Positions 1 to 10,055 of a stretch of 64,000 nt of DNA are shown here, one piece after another. Below the pieces are notes generated by a model. That model did no database searches. It saw only the letters and a list, made by a program, of their open reading frames with translations, and was not told where the DNA came from. Positions within the stretch are counted from its first letter, which is position 1. The number at the start of each line of letters is the position of its first letter. Made by a program: the position numbers and the translations under genes. This stretch comes from Nanobdellota archaeon (GTDB taxonomy: Archaea > Nanobdellota > Nanobdellia > Pacearchaeales > GW2011-AR1), in assembly GCA_030698805.1 (NCBI GenBank), contig JAUYMA010000004.1, positions 19,065-83,064 on the forward strand, given 5' to 3'.

Positions 1-609
1 TCTCTCATTCCCTATAACTAAAATATTTGCGCCAAATATAACTGGAATGGAAAGCAAGAAAGAAAATCTTGCCGCGGCCTTAGGGCTTAATCCTAATAAC
101 ATCCCTGAAGCCATAGTTGTGCCGCTTCTAGATATACCTGGCAAAATAGAAAATATTTGTGCAATTCCTATAAGTAAAGAATCCTTATAACTCAGATTCT
201 CTTTTCTTGGCTTAATATCGTGAGAGGAAATAAGTAATAAAAGTCCAGTTATCCCAAATCCAATGGCAGTAATATACAGATTATTAAACACGCCTTCGAA
301 AAGATCCATAAAAATAAAACCAACTATTCCTGCAGGAATTGTAGCAATAAGCAGCAATAAACCAGTTCTTCCATTTTCAGTGTCAAACTCAAACCTAATA
401 ACATCTCGAATGATATCTACAATATCTTTTCCAAAATAAACAAAAACAGCCATTAGAGTTCCAAAATGCAAAGCCACTTCAAAGGTTAATCCTCCTTGGT
501 AATCTAATAATTTTTCAAAAATAACTAAATGCCCAGAACTCGAAATTGGCAGCCATTCAGTGATACCCTGCACAATAGCCAAAATTAAGGCTGAAATAAT
601 CTCATTCAT
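1..609 (-). CDS. uppP: undecaprenyl-diphosphate phosphatase (UppP/BacA), first ~203 codons; C-terminus lies outside the window
   Basis: Hand translation of the minus strand from ATG at 607-609 gives MNEIISALILAIVQGITEWLPISSSGHLVIFEKLL...ILPGISRSGTTMASGMLLGL. EWLPISSSGH and SRSG are BacA/UppP signatures. The frame stays open to base 1, so it is absent from the ORF track. Confidence 0.8.
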   Translation of the reverse strand, partial: MNEIISALILAIVQGITEWLPISSSGHLVIFEKLLDYQGGLTFEVALHFGTLMAVFVYFGKDIVDIIRDVIRFEFDTENGRTGLLLLIATIPAGIVGFIFMDLFEGVFNNLYITAIGFGITGLLLLISSHDIKPRKENLSYKDSLLIGIAQIFSILPGISRSGTTMASGMLLGLSPKAAARFSFLLSIPVIFGANILVIGNER

Positions 610-700
610 TAAAAGATTAATTATAAACAATTAATAAATATTCTTGCTCTCTAAATCCTACTTCTCGCATTATGATAAATAAAAAAAAGGAAGAAAAAAA

Positions 701-856
701 TTACTTTCCCCTAAGTCTGCATACCCAGCACAGATGGCCTTTTATTCTGGATAAAGAGGGTGTATTCCATCCCCCTTCAAGCTTCCCCTCTTTTACCCCC
801 TCTAAGTCATAGCTTAGATCAAAAAGCTCTCCGCACATTGCACACTTAGCAGGCAT
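701..856 (-). CDS. small CxxC...CxxC zinc-ribbon protein (51 aa), function unknown
   Basis: Hand translation: MPAKCAMCGELFDLSYDLEGVKEGKLEGGWNTPSLSRIKGHLCWVCRLRGK. Two CxxC pairs. Below the ORF-track size cutoff. Confidence 0.35.
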   Translation of the reverse strand: MPAKCAMCGELFDLSYDLEGVKEGKLEGGWNTPSLSRIKGHLCWVCRLRGK

Positions 857-1093
857 TACTAAGGTTTGTAGGGCTTTCATATCAAACCTAGCAAAGCCTT
901 ATTTATATACAATTAACAAAGTTTAAAATATTTTTTTCATGACCTTTATTTTTATATAGTGAGTCACGTCAAAAAGACAAATAACAGTAATCATAAAATA
1001 AAACAAAGGCAAGCAAATTATCCGAAGAAAAAAAGCCTGTCACTTTAGAAAGGCAGGTGTAAATGTCAGAAGTAACATCATACAAGATTAAAT

Positions 1094-1648
1094 TTATTTC
1101 AAAGTTATATAAATAAATCGAGTATAATTATTAGAATTATTCTCGATATTCCTGTCTACAATATTTAATCCATACTTATTCATTCCAAATTCACTACCGA
1201 CAGCCATCACGTGCATCAACCCTTCCTGCATAATCTCCCGCATAGTTAAAGCAGTGCTGTCTACTTCAACTTTTTTAATCCTTGGAAACTCTCTCCCTAA
1301 ATATTGAGAGCATTCTCTTAAAGCAGTATCTCTCGATCTAACTTCCATTATCTTTGACTTTCCTGATTGAGGGTGTATTCCCGCACAAATCTCAATCTTA
1401 AGCTCTAGAGTGTCAAGAGTAATAAAATTCCCTTCTTCTAATCCCCTTACCGTGTCTCCGTAGTCCCCAGCAAGAGTGTTATGCAAAGGCAAAACTGCCG
1501 CATCGAATCTTTTATCCTTCAAACTCTGAAAAATTTCTTTTATAGAAAGAAAAGGCGCTTTCTTGGCCTTCTCGTCTCTTACTCTGAGAAAATCGTCTAC
1601 TGCTTGCTCAGTATATGTTCCCTCAGGCCCAAGATATCCAACTATCAT
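1094..1648 (-). CDS. prephenate dehydratase (PDT) domain protein lacking the ACT regulatory domain
   Basis: N-terminal [13 protein letters not shown], internal [15 protein letters not shown] and C-terminal NNYTRFIYI match the PDT domain pattern (G-x-G-[ST]-[FY]-[ST], ENS-like segment, TRF). Only 184 aa. ATGA overlap with the upstream ORF. Confidence 0.7.
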   Translation of the reverse strand: MIVGYLGPEGTYTEQAVDDFLRVRDEKAKKAPFLSIKEIFQSLKDKRFDAAVLPLHNTLAGDYGDTVRGLEEGNFITLDTLELKIEICAGIHPQSGKSKIMEVRSRDTALRECSQYLGREFPRIKKVEVDSTALTMREIMQEGLMHVMAVGSEFGMNKYGLNIVDRNIENNSNNYTRFIYITLK

Positions 1649-1983
1649 CCTAACTTGCTTCCATTGGGGACTTTTCTCTCCGGAACAGCGAGGATAACTT
1701 CCCTTTTTTCGTTATAAAATCCAGTTGTCAAACATTCAGAGAAAAAAGGTCCAATCTGTTTCTTTGGGAAGTTAACAACTCCAATAATCTGCTTTCCGAT
1801 TAGATCTTCCTTCTTGTACAAATGAACAATTTGCGCACTTGACTTCCTCATTCCTATCTCTGACCCAAAATCAATCTCAAGTTTATAAGCCGCCTTCTTC
1901 GCTTCTGGAAAGTCTTCTACTTTTACAATTGTTCCAACTCTCAATTCTACTTTTTCAAAATCATTCCAGTTTATTGTTTCCAT
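1645..1983 (-). CDS. stand-alone tRNA-binding OB-fold protein (CsaA/Trbp111/EMAP-II-like)
   Basis: [32 protein letters not shown]...SSAQIV...[18 protein letters not shown] is the classic tRNA-binding domain pattern. I trimmed the track ORF to Met27 (ATG 1983), 1 nt after the LeuRS stop. Confidence 0.75.
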   Translation of the reverse strand: METINWNDFEKVELRVGTIVKVEDFPEAKKAAYKLEIDFGSEIGMRKSSAQIVHLYKKEDLIGKQIIGVVNFPKKQIGPFFSECLTTGFYNEKREVILAVPERKVPNGSKLG

Positions 1984-1984
1984 C

Positions 1985-4675
1985 CTACTCAACATAAATC
2001 CCTGGCTTTCCAGGCTTTGCCTTTCCTGCCTTGCCTTCAGGATCATACTTATTCTTGTCATTTACCGCAAAGATTTTAACTTCTTTCTGAACTCTTCTAC
2101 TCAACAGCTCTGCATTGTAATGCTCAAGCTCGAAAGGCATCACGTAAACATACACTTTCTCCCCTTCTTTCCTAGTCTTCTCCTTTACAATACTCAAAAC
2201 ATTCAATACGTCTGCAACTGTCTTATCTACCCCCTTCTCACTTTCTTCAAGCTTTGTATCTATTTTATTTTCCTCAACTTGGGGCCACTCGGCTAAAGAA
2301 ATAAATTCTTTTTTGCCAATTTTATTCCAAAGTTCCTCTGCAACATGAGGGCAGAATGGAGCAATTATTTTAATCTGTATCTCTATAAAATCATTCAATA
2401 CTCCTTGATTTGATCCTCCTCGGTTTATGTATTCCTTCAAAACTCTCTGCATCTGGAAGAACAGTTTGTCAAAAGCTGTCCTAAACATCATGTTTTCCAT
2501 TGCTTCACTTCCTTCTTTCAAGTATCTATTAATAGAAGAAACAAATAATCTATCACTCCTGCTCAACTCAGCCTTCTTAGCTTTCTTATAATTTAATCTA
2601 GCAAACTCAAAAAATCCGTGAATCTTCTGAGTAACAATCTCTACGTTTGCAAAACCAAAATTAGGATCATCCAATCCTTCTCCCCCCATCATCAATCCTG
2701 CTCTTACCGAGTCGGCACTATGTTTCTCAAGCACTTGCCTTATAGTAAAGAAATTCCCCTTGCTCTTGCTCATCTTGTCTCCTTCTACCAAAAGCCATCC
2801 ATTTACACTAAAAGACTTAGGCCAATGTTTCTCAGGAAATATTGCTGCGTGATTAAACATGCAGAAAGAAAGATGGTTCTGGACTAAGTCTTTTCCGGAA
2901 CTTCTTACATCAAATGGGTACCAGTATTCAAATTCTTTTCTCATTTTGTCCATCTCCTTGCTTCCCTTGCCTTCTCCCAATAAGACATAGTCAAAAAACG
3001 AGTCATCTATTTTATCTAAAGGATATTCCTTGATTAAATGAGCTATTGTATAATATGCCATGTATATGGTCGAGTCCGAAAGGGATTCAATAACCCAATG
3101 CTCATCCCAAGGGAGCTTTGTCCCGGCCCCATGATGGTGTGTGCATGCCCAATCATTAAGCCATCCAATCACGTAATTAAACTGCTGCCTAACTAAATCT
3201 GGATACAATTTCATTCCTTCCAATTCTTTTCTTACTTTTTCTTTCCATTCTTTGTCCCCATACTTCAAGAACCATTGATCTGAAACAATTTTCACCACGC
3301 TAGGGGTTAGGCATCTGCATACTACTTTGCCGCTTAATTCATAGAAAATCTCTAGTAGCCCTTTCTTAATCATATCTTCTTTCATCTTCTCCTTTGCCTC
3401 CTTTACTTTCATTCCTGAATATTCTCCACAGTTATTAAGCAAAATCCCATTATGGTAGCCTTCCTTGTAAACTTCCTGCGTAAGAGAATCAAGCTTAGGG
3501 TCTTCCTGGTTTACAACACCTGATTCCTCAACTACTTTTACAGCTGCCTTGTCCCCATACTTCTCTGTTTTGATAATGGGTATTATCTCTATGTCTTCAA
3601 TCTCCTCAATTTGTTCTATGCTAAAGCCCAACTTGTTCTTCTCAGTTTCCTTCATCTCCTGCATATTCCTTAAAGCGATATAATCATAAGGTGCATCACT
3701 TGGCACAGAGGTAACTAGTCCTGTTCCCATTGTTGGGTCAACAAATCTTGCAGGTAATATCATGATTTTTCTACCTATCAATGGAGCTTCACAATGCTTC
3801 CCAATAAGATCTTTTCCTGAGATATATTCCATCATCTTTGTATCTTTCTCCTGCAGTTCTAATTTGTCCAGACATTCTTTGCTTACAATCCAAGTCTCGT
3901 TGCCAATTCTTGCTTTTACATAATTGGCATCAGGGTTTACCCAAAAATTAGTCTGTCCAAACACAGTTTCAGGCCTCAATGTGGCTGCAATTAAATAAGA
4001 ATCTCCAAACTTAAACTTTAATAGATAATACTCTTGCGGTGTCTCTCCTTCACCTTCTGCCCTATCGTGATCTCCTACAACCATCTTATCTTTAACACAC
4101 CACACAACAGGCCTCTTTCCCTTCACAACTAACCCTTTTTCTCTTAGTTTGTTAAATTGCCATCTAATAAATTTATCATAATATGGATTCAAATCAGTAG
4201 TTACAAAACTTCTCCTCCAATCTACGCTCGCGCCAATTCTTGATAAATCCTCTTGAGCAGCAGGAACAAATGTGTCCATCCAATGCTTAACTTCTCCAAA
4301 CTTCAAGATTTCTTTTTCGGAGAAGCCCATAGTCTTCATAATTTGAATTTGCTTCTCTTCTTTTTCCCTTATTCTTTGCGCAGCAGCCCATACGGGGGTC
4401 CCAGTGCAATGCCATCCCTGAGGAAACAATACATTAAACCCATTCATTCTCTTATACCTTGCAGCTACATCAACTCGAGTAACAGAAAACGCATGTCCTA
4501 AATGTAAGTGCCCATTGATATAAGGATAAGGAAAATTAATGAAAAACTTATTTCTTTTGTCAGGTACTGCCTCAAAAACCTTTGCTTCTTCCCATCTCCT
4601 CTGCCATTTTTTCTCGATCTCATTAAAACTAAAAATATTAGGTTCAGAATCAGAGAATGTAGATTTTTTAGGCAT
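1985..4675 (-). CDS. leuS: leucyl-tRNA synthetase (archaeal/eukaryotic type)
   Basis: 896 aa. Class I HIGH-type motif ([12 protein letters not shown]), KMSKS motif ([10 protein letters not shown]) and an editing-domain-sized insertion. Confidence 0.95.
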   Translation of the reverse strand: MPKKSTFSDSEPNIFSFNEIEKKWQRRWEEAKVFEAVPDKRNKFFINFPYPYINGHLHLGHAFSVTRVDVAARYKRMNGFNVLFPQGWHCTGTPVWAAAQRIREKEEKQIQIMKTMGFSEKEILKFGEVKHWMDTFVPAAQEDLSRIGASVDWRRSFVTTDLNPYYDKFIRWQFNKLREKGLVVKGKRPVVWCVKDKMVVGDHDRAEGEGETPQEYYLLKFKFGDSYLIAATLRPETVFGQTNFWVNPDANYVKARIGNETWIVSKECLDKLELQEKDTKMMEYISGKDLIGKHCEAPLIGRKIMILPARFVDPTMGTGLVTSVPSDAPYDYIALRNMQEMKETEKNKLGFSIEQIEEIEDIEIIPIIKTEKYGDKAAVKVVEESGVVNQEDPKLDSLTQEVYKEGYHNGILLNNCGEYSGMKVKEAKEKMKEDMIKKGLLEIFYELSGKVVCRCLTPSVVKIVSDQWFLKYGDKEWKEKVRKELEGMKLYPDLVRQQFNYVIGWLNDWACTHHHGAGTKLPWDEHWVIESLSDSTIYMAYYTIAHLIKEYPLDKIDDSFFDYVLLGEGKGSKEMDKMRKEFEYWYPFDVRSSGKDLVQNHLSFCMFNHAAIFPEKHWPKSFSVNGWLLVEGDKMSKSKGNFFTIRQVLEKHSADSVRAGLMMGGEGLDDPNFGFANVEIVTQKIHGFFEFARLNYKKAKKAELSRSDRLFVSSINRYLKEGSEAMENMMFRTAFDKLFFQMQRVLKEYINRGGSNQGVLNDFIEIQIKIIAPFCPHVAEELWNKIGKKEFISLAEWPQVEENKIDTKLEESEKGVDKTVADVLNVLSIVKEKTRKEGEKVYVYVMPFELEHYNAELLSRRVQKEVKIFAVNDKNKYDPEGKAGKAKPGKPGIYVE

Positions 4676-4709
4676 ATTGTCTTTGAGAAAAGCAGAAATT
4701 TAAAGGTTT

Positions 4710-5069
4710 CTAAAAGTCTAAACTTATATTCAGCAGGCCTTTTTTCTTCAATTGAATAATGGATGAAGAGTTATACTGAAAAATAATATCTGCTTTATTG
4801 TTATCATCTGCCCACGGTTTAACTAAAACCACATCTTTTGGCCTCAGCCACATGCTTCTCTTGAATCGGCCTGGGACTCTGCAATTTCTAGACTTATTGT
4901 CACTACATTTCACTTCCATTCTATTCCCTCCAAGTCTCTGAACAACTATCCCTATTAATTCGCCTTGTCGTGGTAATTTAACTCTTGCAGGCCCTGCTTG
5001 CTGCTCGGCCGGTTGTTCAGAATTCCCAACCGACGTTTCTACTTCTTCAAACTCTCCGTAATCTCCCAT
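4710..5069 (-). CDS. eif1a: translation initiation factor aIF1A
   Basis: S1-like OB core GELIGIVVQRLGGNRMEVKCSDNKSRNCRVPGRFKRSMWLRPKDVVLVKPW...ADIIFQY is typical of eIF1A/aIF1A. Confidence 0.85.
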   Translation of the reverse strand: MGDYGEFEEVETSVGNSEQPAEQQAGPARVKLPRQGELIGIVVQRLGGNRMEVKCSDNKSRNCRVPGRFKRSMWLRPKDVVLVKPWADDNNKADIIFQYNSSSIIQLKKKGLLNISLDF

Positions 5070-5103
5070 GAATATTGTTATAGACCTAGTTTTTTAAACC
5101 TGT

Positions 5104-5919
5104 TTATTTGTTCTTTTTGCCTTTATTCTTATGTAACAAACTTAAATAATAGTTTTTAAAGAAAATAAGGAAGAATGGAACAATGAAAAGAGAGGCTATA
5201 AAATCAGTTAACCAATTCATTAAGCTAGAAAGGATGAAAAGAGATTTGCTCATGTAGCCATTAGTAGTAGCATATAAAATATTCATAATAGAGAATGGTA
5301 ATTCCAAAAGAGAGACTACTATTGACACTCCTGCCCCCACTAACATCACTAGGATGAAATATCCAAAGGTCTTCCACCATCGGCCTTTAACCATATGGAA
5401 ACTTATCTTCAAAGAACCTATAATACCTTTATTTTGGCTGACAAATATAAAAGCTCCAAATATCCAAAATATAGCAAAGATTATGCCTGGAATAATGAAT
5501 AATATTAATAAAAGAATAACAAAAATAAGGCTCACTATTTCAAATCCTAGAAAAGCCCAGAAATTATTTTTTGCAGCATGAGTAAGTTCCGATGAAGTAT
5601 ATTTGTCTTTCTTCAAACTAACCGTAATAATTCCTTTCAGAATATAAATCGTTAGAAGAATAGAAACTAATGTAAAAATTGAACTCAATATGAAATAACC
5701 TGATAAGGTATTAAATAAATCAAAAGAAGATAACTGGGCCGCAATTTGGGGGTTGCCCAATATAGCCCATACCTCAGGATTAGAAGTAATATAGACAATA
5801 CTTATAATGGCTAAGATGAGAGTCGGCAATGCCAAGAAAATAAGCATAAATTTAAAGAAAGATCCAAAATTTTCCCAATACTCTTTCCAGCTCTTGCCAA
5901 AAATTTCCCCAAAGTTCAT
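5104..5919 (-). CDS. polytopic membrane protein, unknown function
   Basis: 271-aa ORF with about 6 long hydrophobic segments. No motif recognised. Confidence 0.5.
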   Translation of the reverse strand: MNFGEIFGKSWKEYWENFGSFFKFMLIFLALPTLILAIISIVYITSNPEVWAILGNPQIAAQLSSFDLFNTLSGYFILSSIFTLVSILLTIYILKGIITVSLKKDKYTSSELTHAAKNNFWAFLGFEIVSLIFVILLLILFIIPGIIFAIFWIFGAFIFVSQNKGIIGSLKISFHMVKGRWWKTFGYFILVMLVGAGVSIVVSLLELPFSIMNILYATTNGYMSKSLFILSSLMNWLTDFIASLFIVPFFLIFFKNYYLSLLHKNKGKKNK

Positions 5920-6018
5920 ATTGAGATTAGCAAAATAACATATTTAAATGTATCTTAGATTTACTAGATTCTAGTAAGAAAACCTAAAACTTAAATACAT
6001 GCCATCATTGATTTAACT

Positions 6019-6531
6019 ATGATAACGGCTTATTTTTCAGGAGATAAAATATTTTCTAATTCAGAAGAAGCATTTTCCCTCTATGAAAAGTCTTGTTTTG
6101 GAGAAAAGAAAGAAAGCAGGATAGAATATGCTTTATTTGAAGCGCTCTTTTTAGTGCGGGAAAGAAAAATGCAGGTGCTATCTGGAAAGAAGATTATACA
6201 TTTAGACAGTCTGATAAAGAAACTTAGAAAAATAGACAAAAAATTAGAAACGAAATTTACAGTATATTGCGATCTAAGAAAAGCAGGGTATATAGTTAAA
6301 ACTGCCCTGAAATTTGGGGCTGAATTCAGGGTTTATGAGAAAGGAATTCACCCAGGGGAAGATCACGCCCGTTGGATTTTATATACCTCAAAAGAGCATG
6401 ATCAGTTATCCTGGCATGATTTTGCTGCAAAGAATAGAATCGCCCACTCTACAAAGAAAAATCTTTTGATAGCAGTTGTAGATGAAGAAGGAGATGTTTC
6501 CTATTATGAAGTTTCTTGGATTAAGCCTTAA
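6019..6531 (+). CDS. endA: tRNA-splicing endonuclease (short, homotetramer-type size)
   Basis: 170 aa. YCDLRKAGYIVKTALKFGAEFRVYEKG...HARWILY matches the EndA catalytic domain. Confidence 0.85.
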   Translation: MITAYFSGDKIFSNSEEAFSLYEKSCFGEKKESRIEYALFEALFLVRERKMQVLSGKKIIHLDSLIKKLRKIDKKLETKFTVYCDLRKAGYIVKTALKFGAEFRVYEKGIHPGEDHARWILYTSKEHDQLSWHDFAAKNRIAHSTKKNLLIAVVDEEGDVSYYEVSWIKP

Positions 6532-7082
6532 TCTTCCGTCTTTAAAGAAACTACTTTGCCCACTATCTGTTCCGCAAGTACTAGACCATAATTAGTGCTG
6601 TCATAACTAATTTCTCGATTGTCGCCAAAAACAAGATAATAGCCCTTGGGCAATGTATTGTTAAAATACTCTAATTGCTTGAGCAAAAGGTAAAGATCTT
6701 CTTTCCTAAAAGATTCGCCTTTGATATAATCCTCTTCTAAAATTTTATCATTCAAATATATCCTACTATTATTGCCAAAAACAATTTTATCCCCTGGAAT
6801 AGCTATAACCCTTTTTACATCTTCAAAGTCGCGGGTTTTGAATTTCATTACTATAATATCTCCCCTGTTTACCTGATGGTCTTTATAATATCCATATTCT
6901 ACCAATACCCTCTGACCTTCTTTTAACGTTGGAATCATAGAATCTCCATTTATTTCCCTTTCCACTTTCTGTCCTGATTGTTTAGAAATTACTAGGAACA
7001 TAACAGTTAATACAACAAGGAATCCTAATAAAAATAAAATAATCTTACCCTTACTTAATTTATTAGAGAAATATGAAGACAT
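6528..7082 (-). CDS. signal peptidase I, bacterial (Ser/Lys, S26A) type
   Basis: N-terminal TM. Box B GDSMIPTL (Ser), box D KRVIAIPGDKI (Lys), box E GDNREISYDS. Start trimmed to Met24 (ATG 7082) because the track ORF overlaps the upstream gene. Confidence 0.8.
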   Translation of the reverse strand: MSSYFSNKLSKGKIILFLLGFLVVLTVMFLVISKQSGQKVEREINGDSMIPTLKEGQRVLVEYGYYKDHQVNRGDIIVMKFKTRDFEDVKRVIAIPGDKIVFGNNSRIYLNDKILEEDYIKGESFRKEDLYLLLKQLEYFNNTLPKGYYLVFGDNREISYDSTNYGLVLAEQIVGKVVSLKTED

Positions 7083-7092
7083 AAATAATAAA

Positions 7093-7623
7093 TTAATTTG
7101 CTGCACCGCCAGAGTTGGCAGGATCATAAGCTGGAAGATCTGCGGCGCCACCTGAACTGACAGGATCTGGAGAAGTCTCTGTCAGCGTATCTGCTGAAGC
7201 CTGTTGATCAAAGTTTGTTTGTGATTCAGTTGCTGCTCCATTATCCTCGTTCGGGTCAGGTGATGAAGATTGAGGGCTAGCAGCGCCGCCAGAAGTTTCA
7301 TCTGGATTCGAGGCCTCCAAGGATGCTGCTCCGCCATCATCATTGACTGTGGAAGGCAAAGTGACTACTTGTTCTGCAGCGACTTGATTTTCTTGAGTAA
7401 GATTGTCAGAATTATTAGAGGCAGGTAATTGAGAGAAGTCTCTAGTTGCAGGCGGTCCTGCGGGAGAAAAACTCTCTTTATCTCCACCTTTTGCCTTAAA
7501 ATAAACAAAGATTGTACCTACGAGAATAATAACTAACAAAGCAATAATTCCAATAATTAAAAATATTTCGGATTTAGATCTAGAATTATTTTCTATTGGA
7601 CTAATTAAATCTTCTTCTCCCAT
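7093..7623 (-). CDS. membrane-anchored low-complexity acidic/Ser/Pro-rich protein with reiterated (S/D)GGAA motif
   Basis: One TM (IFLIIGIIALLVIILVGTIFVYF), then a disordered-looking tail with DDGGAAS, TSGGAAS, EDNGAAT, SSGGAAD and NSGGAAN. Confidence 0.5.
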   Translation of the reverse strand: MGEEDLISPIENNSRSKSEIFLIIGIIALLVIILVGTIFVYFKAKGGDKESFSPAGPPATRDFSQLPASNNSDNLTQENQVAAEQVVTLPSTVNDDGGAASLEASNPDETSGGAASPQSSSPDPNEDNGAATESQTNFDQQASADTLTETSPDPVSSGGAADLPAYDPANSGGAAN

Positions 7624-7646
7624 ATTATTATAAAAATAAAATAATT

Positions 7647-8399
7647 TTAACTGATATTGTCAACTTTCCAGCAAGTTTTCCCTACGTGAGTATTATGATA
7701 CTGTTGAATAGTTATTGTATCAGTACCATAAGAAAACCAGTTCCAATAATCTAGTTGGCCAATCATTAATCCGTAAGGTGCTTGCGCGACATAGGTCCAG
7801 CCATTACCTGAGCCACCGGTGATATCAAAGACATTATAACCGGTACAATCTGCGCCCTCATCCATTGCTAAAACAGTTGATCTTGGAGGCCTCACTTCAG
7901 AAGCATCATAAGTTTTCCAACAGATATATCCGCCCCAAGATTCAGGGACTCTCCCTCTTATAGCGCTACCTACGCTAGATGCCCAATTCCAATCCTGCAA
8001 ACCTCCTAGAAAAAGATTATCTTCGGCAATTTGAACATAAGCATAACCATTCCATCCAGCCATTTCACCTAAAGTTTTTTTATCAAATCCTACAGGGCAA
8101 ACATTATTTTCCTCTAAAATAACGACAGTATAAGTTCTTCCGGAGCTTCCTCCGCCACTTCCTCCAGAAGCTTGAAGCTCGGATGCACTCAATCCGCCAA
8201 CCTTATCAGCATTATCCACAGCGCCATTATCATTAGAGTCAACACTTACTCCGGATCCAGCCGTAGTAGAAATTTGTTGTAATGGGTGCCAAGACCTTGT
8301 AGAATCAAAAGCTGCTGAAGCAAAAAATATTCCAGCAAGTAATACAAAAATAGATGCAAAGAGGAGTAATCTCAAACCACCTTTTTTTGAAACGACCAT
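7647..8399 (-). CDS. secreted/anchored protein, unknown function (Gly/Ser linker plus Trp/Tyr-rich globular domain)
   Basis: N-terminal basic leader plus hydrophobic segment (MVVSKKGGLRLLLFASIFVLLAGIFFASA). VDNADKVGGLSASEL motif resembles tail-fibre-like repeats. GGSGGGSSG linker. Confidence 0.5.
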   Translation of the reverse strand: MVVSKKGGLRLLLFASIFVLLAGIFFASAAFDSTRSWHPLQQISTTAGSGVSVDSNDNGAVDNADKVGGLSASELQASGGSGGGSSGRTYTVVILEENNVCPVGFDKKTLGEMAGWNGYAYVQIAEDNLFLGGLQDWNWASSVGSAIRGRVPESWGGYICWKTYDASEVRPPRSTVLAMDEGADCTGYNVFDITGGSGNGWTYVAQAPYGLMIGQLDYWNWFSYGTDTITIQQYHNTHVGKTCWKVDNIS

Positions 8400-8575
8400 A
8401 AGTATTAATTAAACTTAGAGTATTTAAACTTTTCTCAAAAAGCAGGATAGAAGTAAAAATCCGCTGTTAAATAATCAAATATTTATTAGCCTCGATAAAG
8501 TATATAATAAAAATAAAATTTTATTTTTGTAAGTAAACCATAAATATTTATAACACTTACTTACTTTCTACAAAT

Positions 8576-9478
8576 ATGCCTGCAGATATAGCAAAACTAA
8601 TAAGAGATAAAGAGATCATCATGGCCCATATCAACAAGAATGGTCCCAGCCTCCCAGTGCACCTAGCGCGAGCCGCCAATTTAAGCATTCTCTTTGCTTC
8701 AGCCTTCTTGTCTGAATTGTATTCAGAGGGAAAGATAAAAATGAGCAATATGAAAGTAGGAAGCTCTTCGTTATATTATATTCAGGGTCAAGAACAGCAA
8801 CTGGAAAATTTTATCGATTACTTAAATCAAAAGGAAAAAGAAGCCTTCCATCTATTAAAATCCAAAAGAATACTTGTAGATTCAGAACAAACTCCTCCTA
8901 TTCGAGTAGCGTTGCGGGCAATAAAGGATTTTGCTATCCCCTTGAGAGTTAAAGTCAATGAAGAAGAAAAATTAATGTGGAAATATTTCGCGCTGGAAGA
9001 AAGCGAATTTAATTCACTGCTCCAGGGGTTCTCGCCTCAAAAAGAGGAAAAAGTGGAAAAAGAAGGAGATGCCTCTGAAGAAAAGCAGAAAACAATTGCT
9101 CCAAATAAAGAAGAAAGCAAAGAAGTTACTAGCCCTCAAAAAAAAGAGATCAAAAAGGAAAAAGAAACCGATTTCATAAAAAAAACCAAATATTACTTGG
9201 AGAAAAAAGATTTAGAGATTATTTCTATCTTTCTGGAGAAGAAAAAAGAGCTTCTAGGTATAATAAGGGCCAATTCTCTATTTGGTAAACAGGAATATTA
9301 TCTGATTGCCAAAGACAAGAAAAAAATAACTGAAGTGGAATTAGATTTGGCCTTAGAAAAATCTCAGGCAGAGAAGATGCCTGTCCTAATCATGGCTCCG
9401 GGCGAATTGGACAAAAAAGCGTCTATGCGAATTTTAGGCCTTAGAAATCTTATTAAGTTCATCAATCCCGAGATTTAA
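8576..9478 (+). CDS. winged-helix-like protein with K/E-rich linker, unknown function
   Basis: 300 aa. The N-terminal segment ...SLPVHLARAANLSILFASAFLSELYSEGKIKMSNMKVGSSSLYY has a wHTH-like pattern. The central part is a lysine/glutamate low-complexity linker. Call is tentative. Confidence 0.45.
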   Translation: MPADIAKLIRDKEIIMAHINKNGPSLPVHLARAANLSILFASAFLSELYSEGKIKMSNMKVGSSSLYYIQGQEQQLENFIDYLNQKEKEAFHLLKSKRILVDSEQTPPIRVALRAIKDFAIPLRVKVNEEEKLMWKYFALEESEFNSLLQGFSPQKEEKVEKEGDASEEKQKTIAPNKEESKEVTSPQKKEIKKEKETDFIKKTKYYLEKKDLEIISIFLEKKKELLGIIRANSLFGKQEYYLIAKDKKKITEVELDLALEKSQAEKMPVLIMAPGELDKKASMRILGLRNLIKFINPEI

Positions 9479-9522
9479 GATCGCACGAAAAGCTTTAAAT
9501 AACCTCTTTTTCTGCTTTCTTT

Positions 9523-9759
9523 ATGGGAAGAATCAAATCACTAATGGTTAAAAGGGCTGCAAAACAGCTTATTGGAAATCCAGAACTGGTTCAAGCTTTT
9601 AACGAAGACTTCACAGTTAATAAGAAAGCTTTAGGTAGTCTGATGCCGAGTAAGCCAATCCGGAATAAGATAGCCGGCTATATCGCGCGATTGAAAAAAG
9701 CAGAAAAAATTCAAAAGCTGGCAGCTGAAAAACCTGCTGTTAAACCTATTTCCGCTTAG
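9523..9759 (+). CDS. rps17e: ribosomal protein S17e (eS17)
   Basis: MGRIKSLMVKRAAKQLI...FNEDFTVNKK...NKIAGYIARL matches the S17e N-terminal consensus. Confidence 0.9.
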   Translation: MGRIKSLMVKRAAKQLIGNPELVQAFNEDFTVNKKALGSLMPSKPIRNKIAGYIARLKKAEKIQKLAAEKPAVKPISA

Positions 9760-9982
9760 AAAGTAAGATTCGATCTATCTTAGCCTCTATTCTCTTCATA
9801 TCTTTCTTTATGTTATATACTTCCCGCATTCTCTTTCGATTCATTAAGTAAGAAACTACCTGCATGACAATCCAAATTATGATTACCAATCCTATTGCTT
9901 GCAGCCATAATCCTATCTGTCCGAGTTGAGTTATAACATCTCCAGAAGGCCCTAAAATGCCAAGTCCCTTTTCATAAACCAT
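9746..9982 (-). CDS. small single-TM protein, unknown function
   Basis: 78-aa ORF with one hydrophobic helix (LWLQAIGLVIIIWIVMQVV) and a basic tail. Confidence 0.35.
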   Translation of the reverse strand: MVYEKGLGILGPSGDVITQLGQIGLWLQAIGLVIIIWIVMQVVSYLMNRKRMREVYNIKKDMKRIEAKIDRILLSKRK

Positions 9983-10024
9983 TTTATTGTAAATATCTTA
10001 AAGATTATTAACCTTTCCAACACG

Positions 10025-10032
10025 CTTAAAAA
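10025..10032 (+). promoter_or_regulatory. TATA-like box (CTTAAAAA) at -31..-24 of tRNA-Met
   Basis: Same spacing as at all other tRNA genes in the window. Confidence 0.45.
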
Positions 10033-10055
10033 CCCTATAGCTTTCAAATTTTTAA

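Noticed and set aside
862-899. Interleaved complementary segments (aggtttg/caaacct and gggcttt/aaagcc) that could form an H-type pseudoknot upstream of the small zinc-ribbon ORF.
   Set aside because: The stems are short (6-7 bp) with no supporting context or conservation information, so they are compatible with chance.
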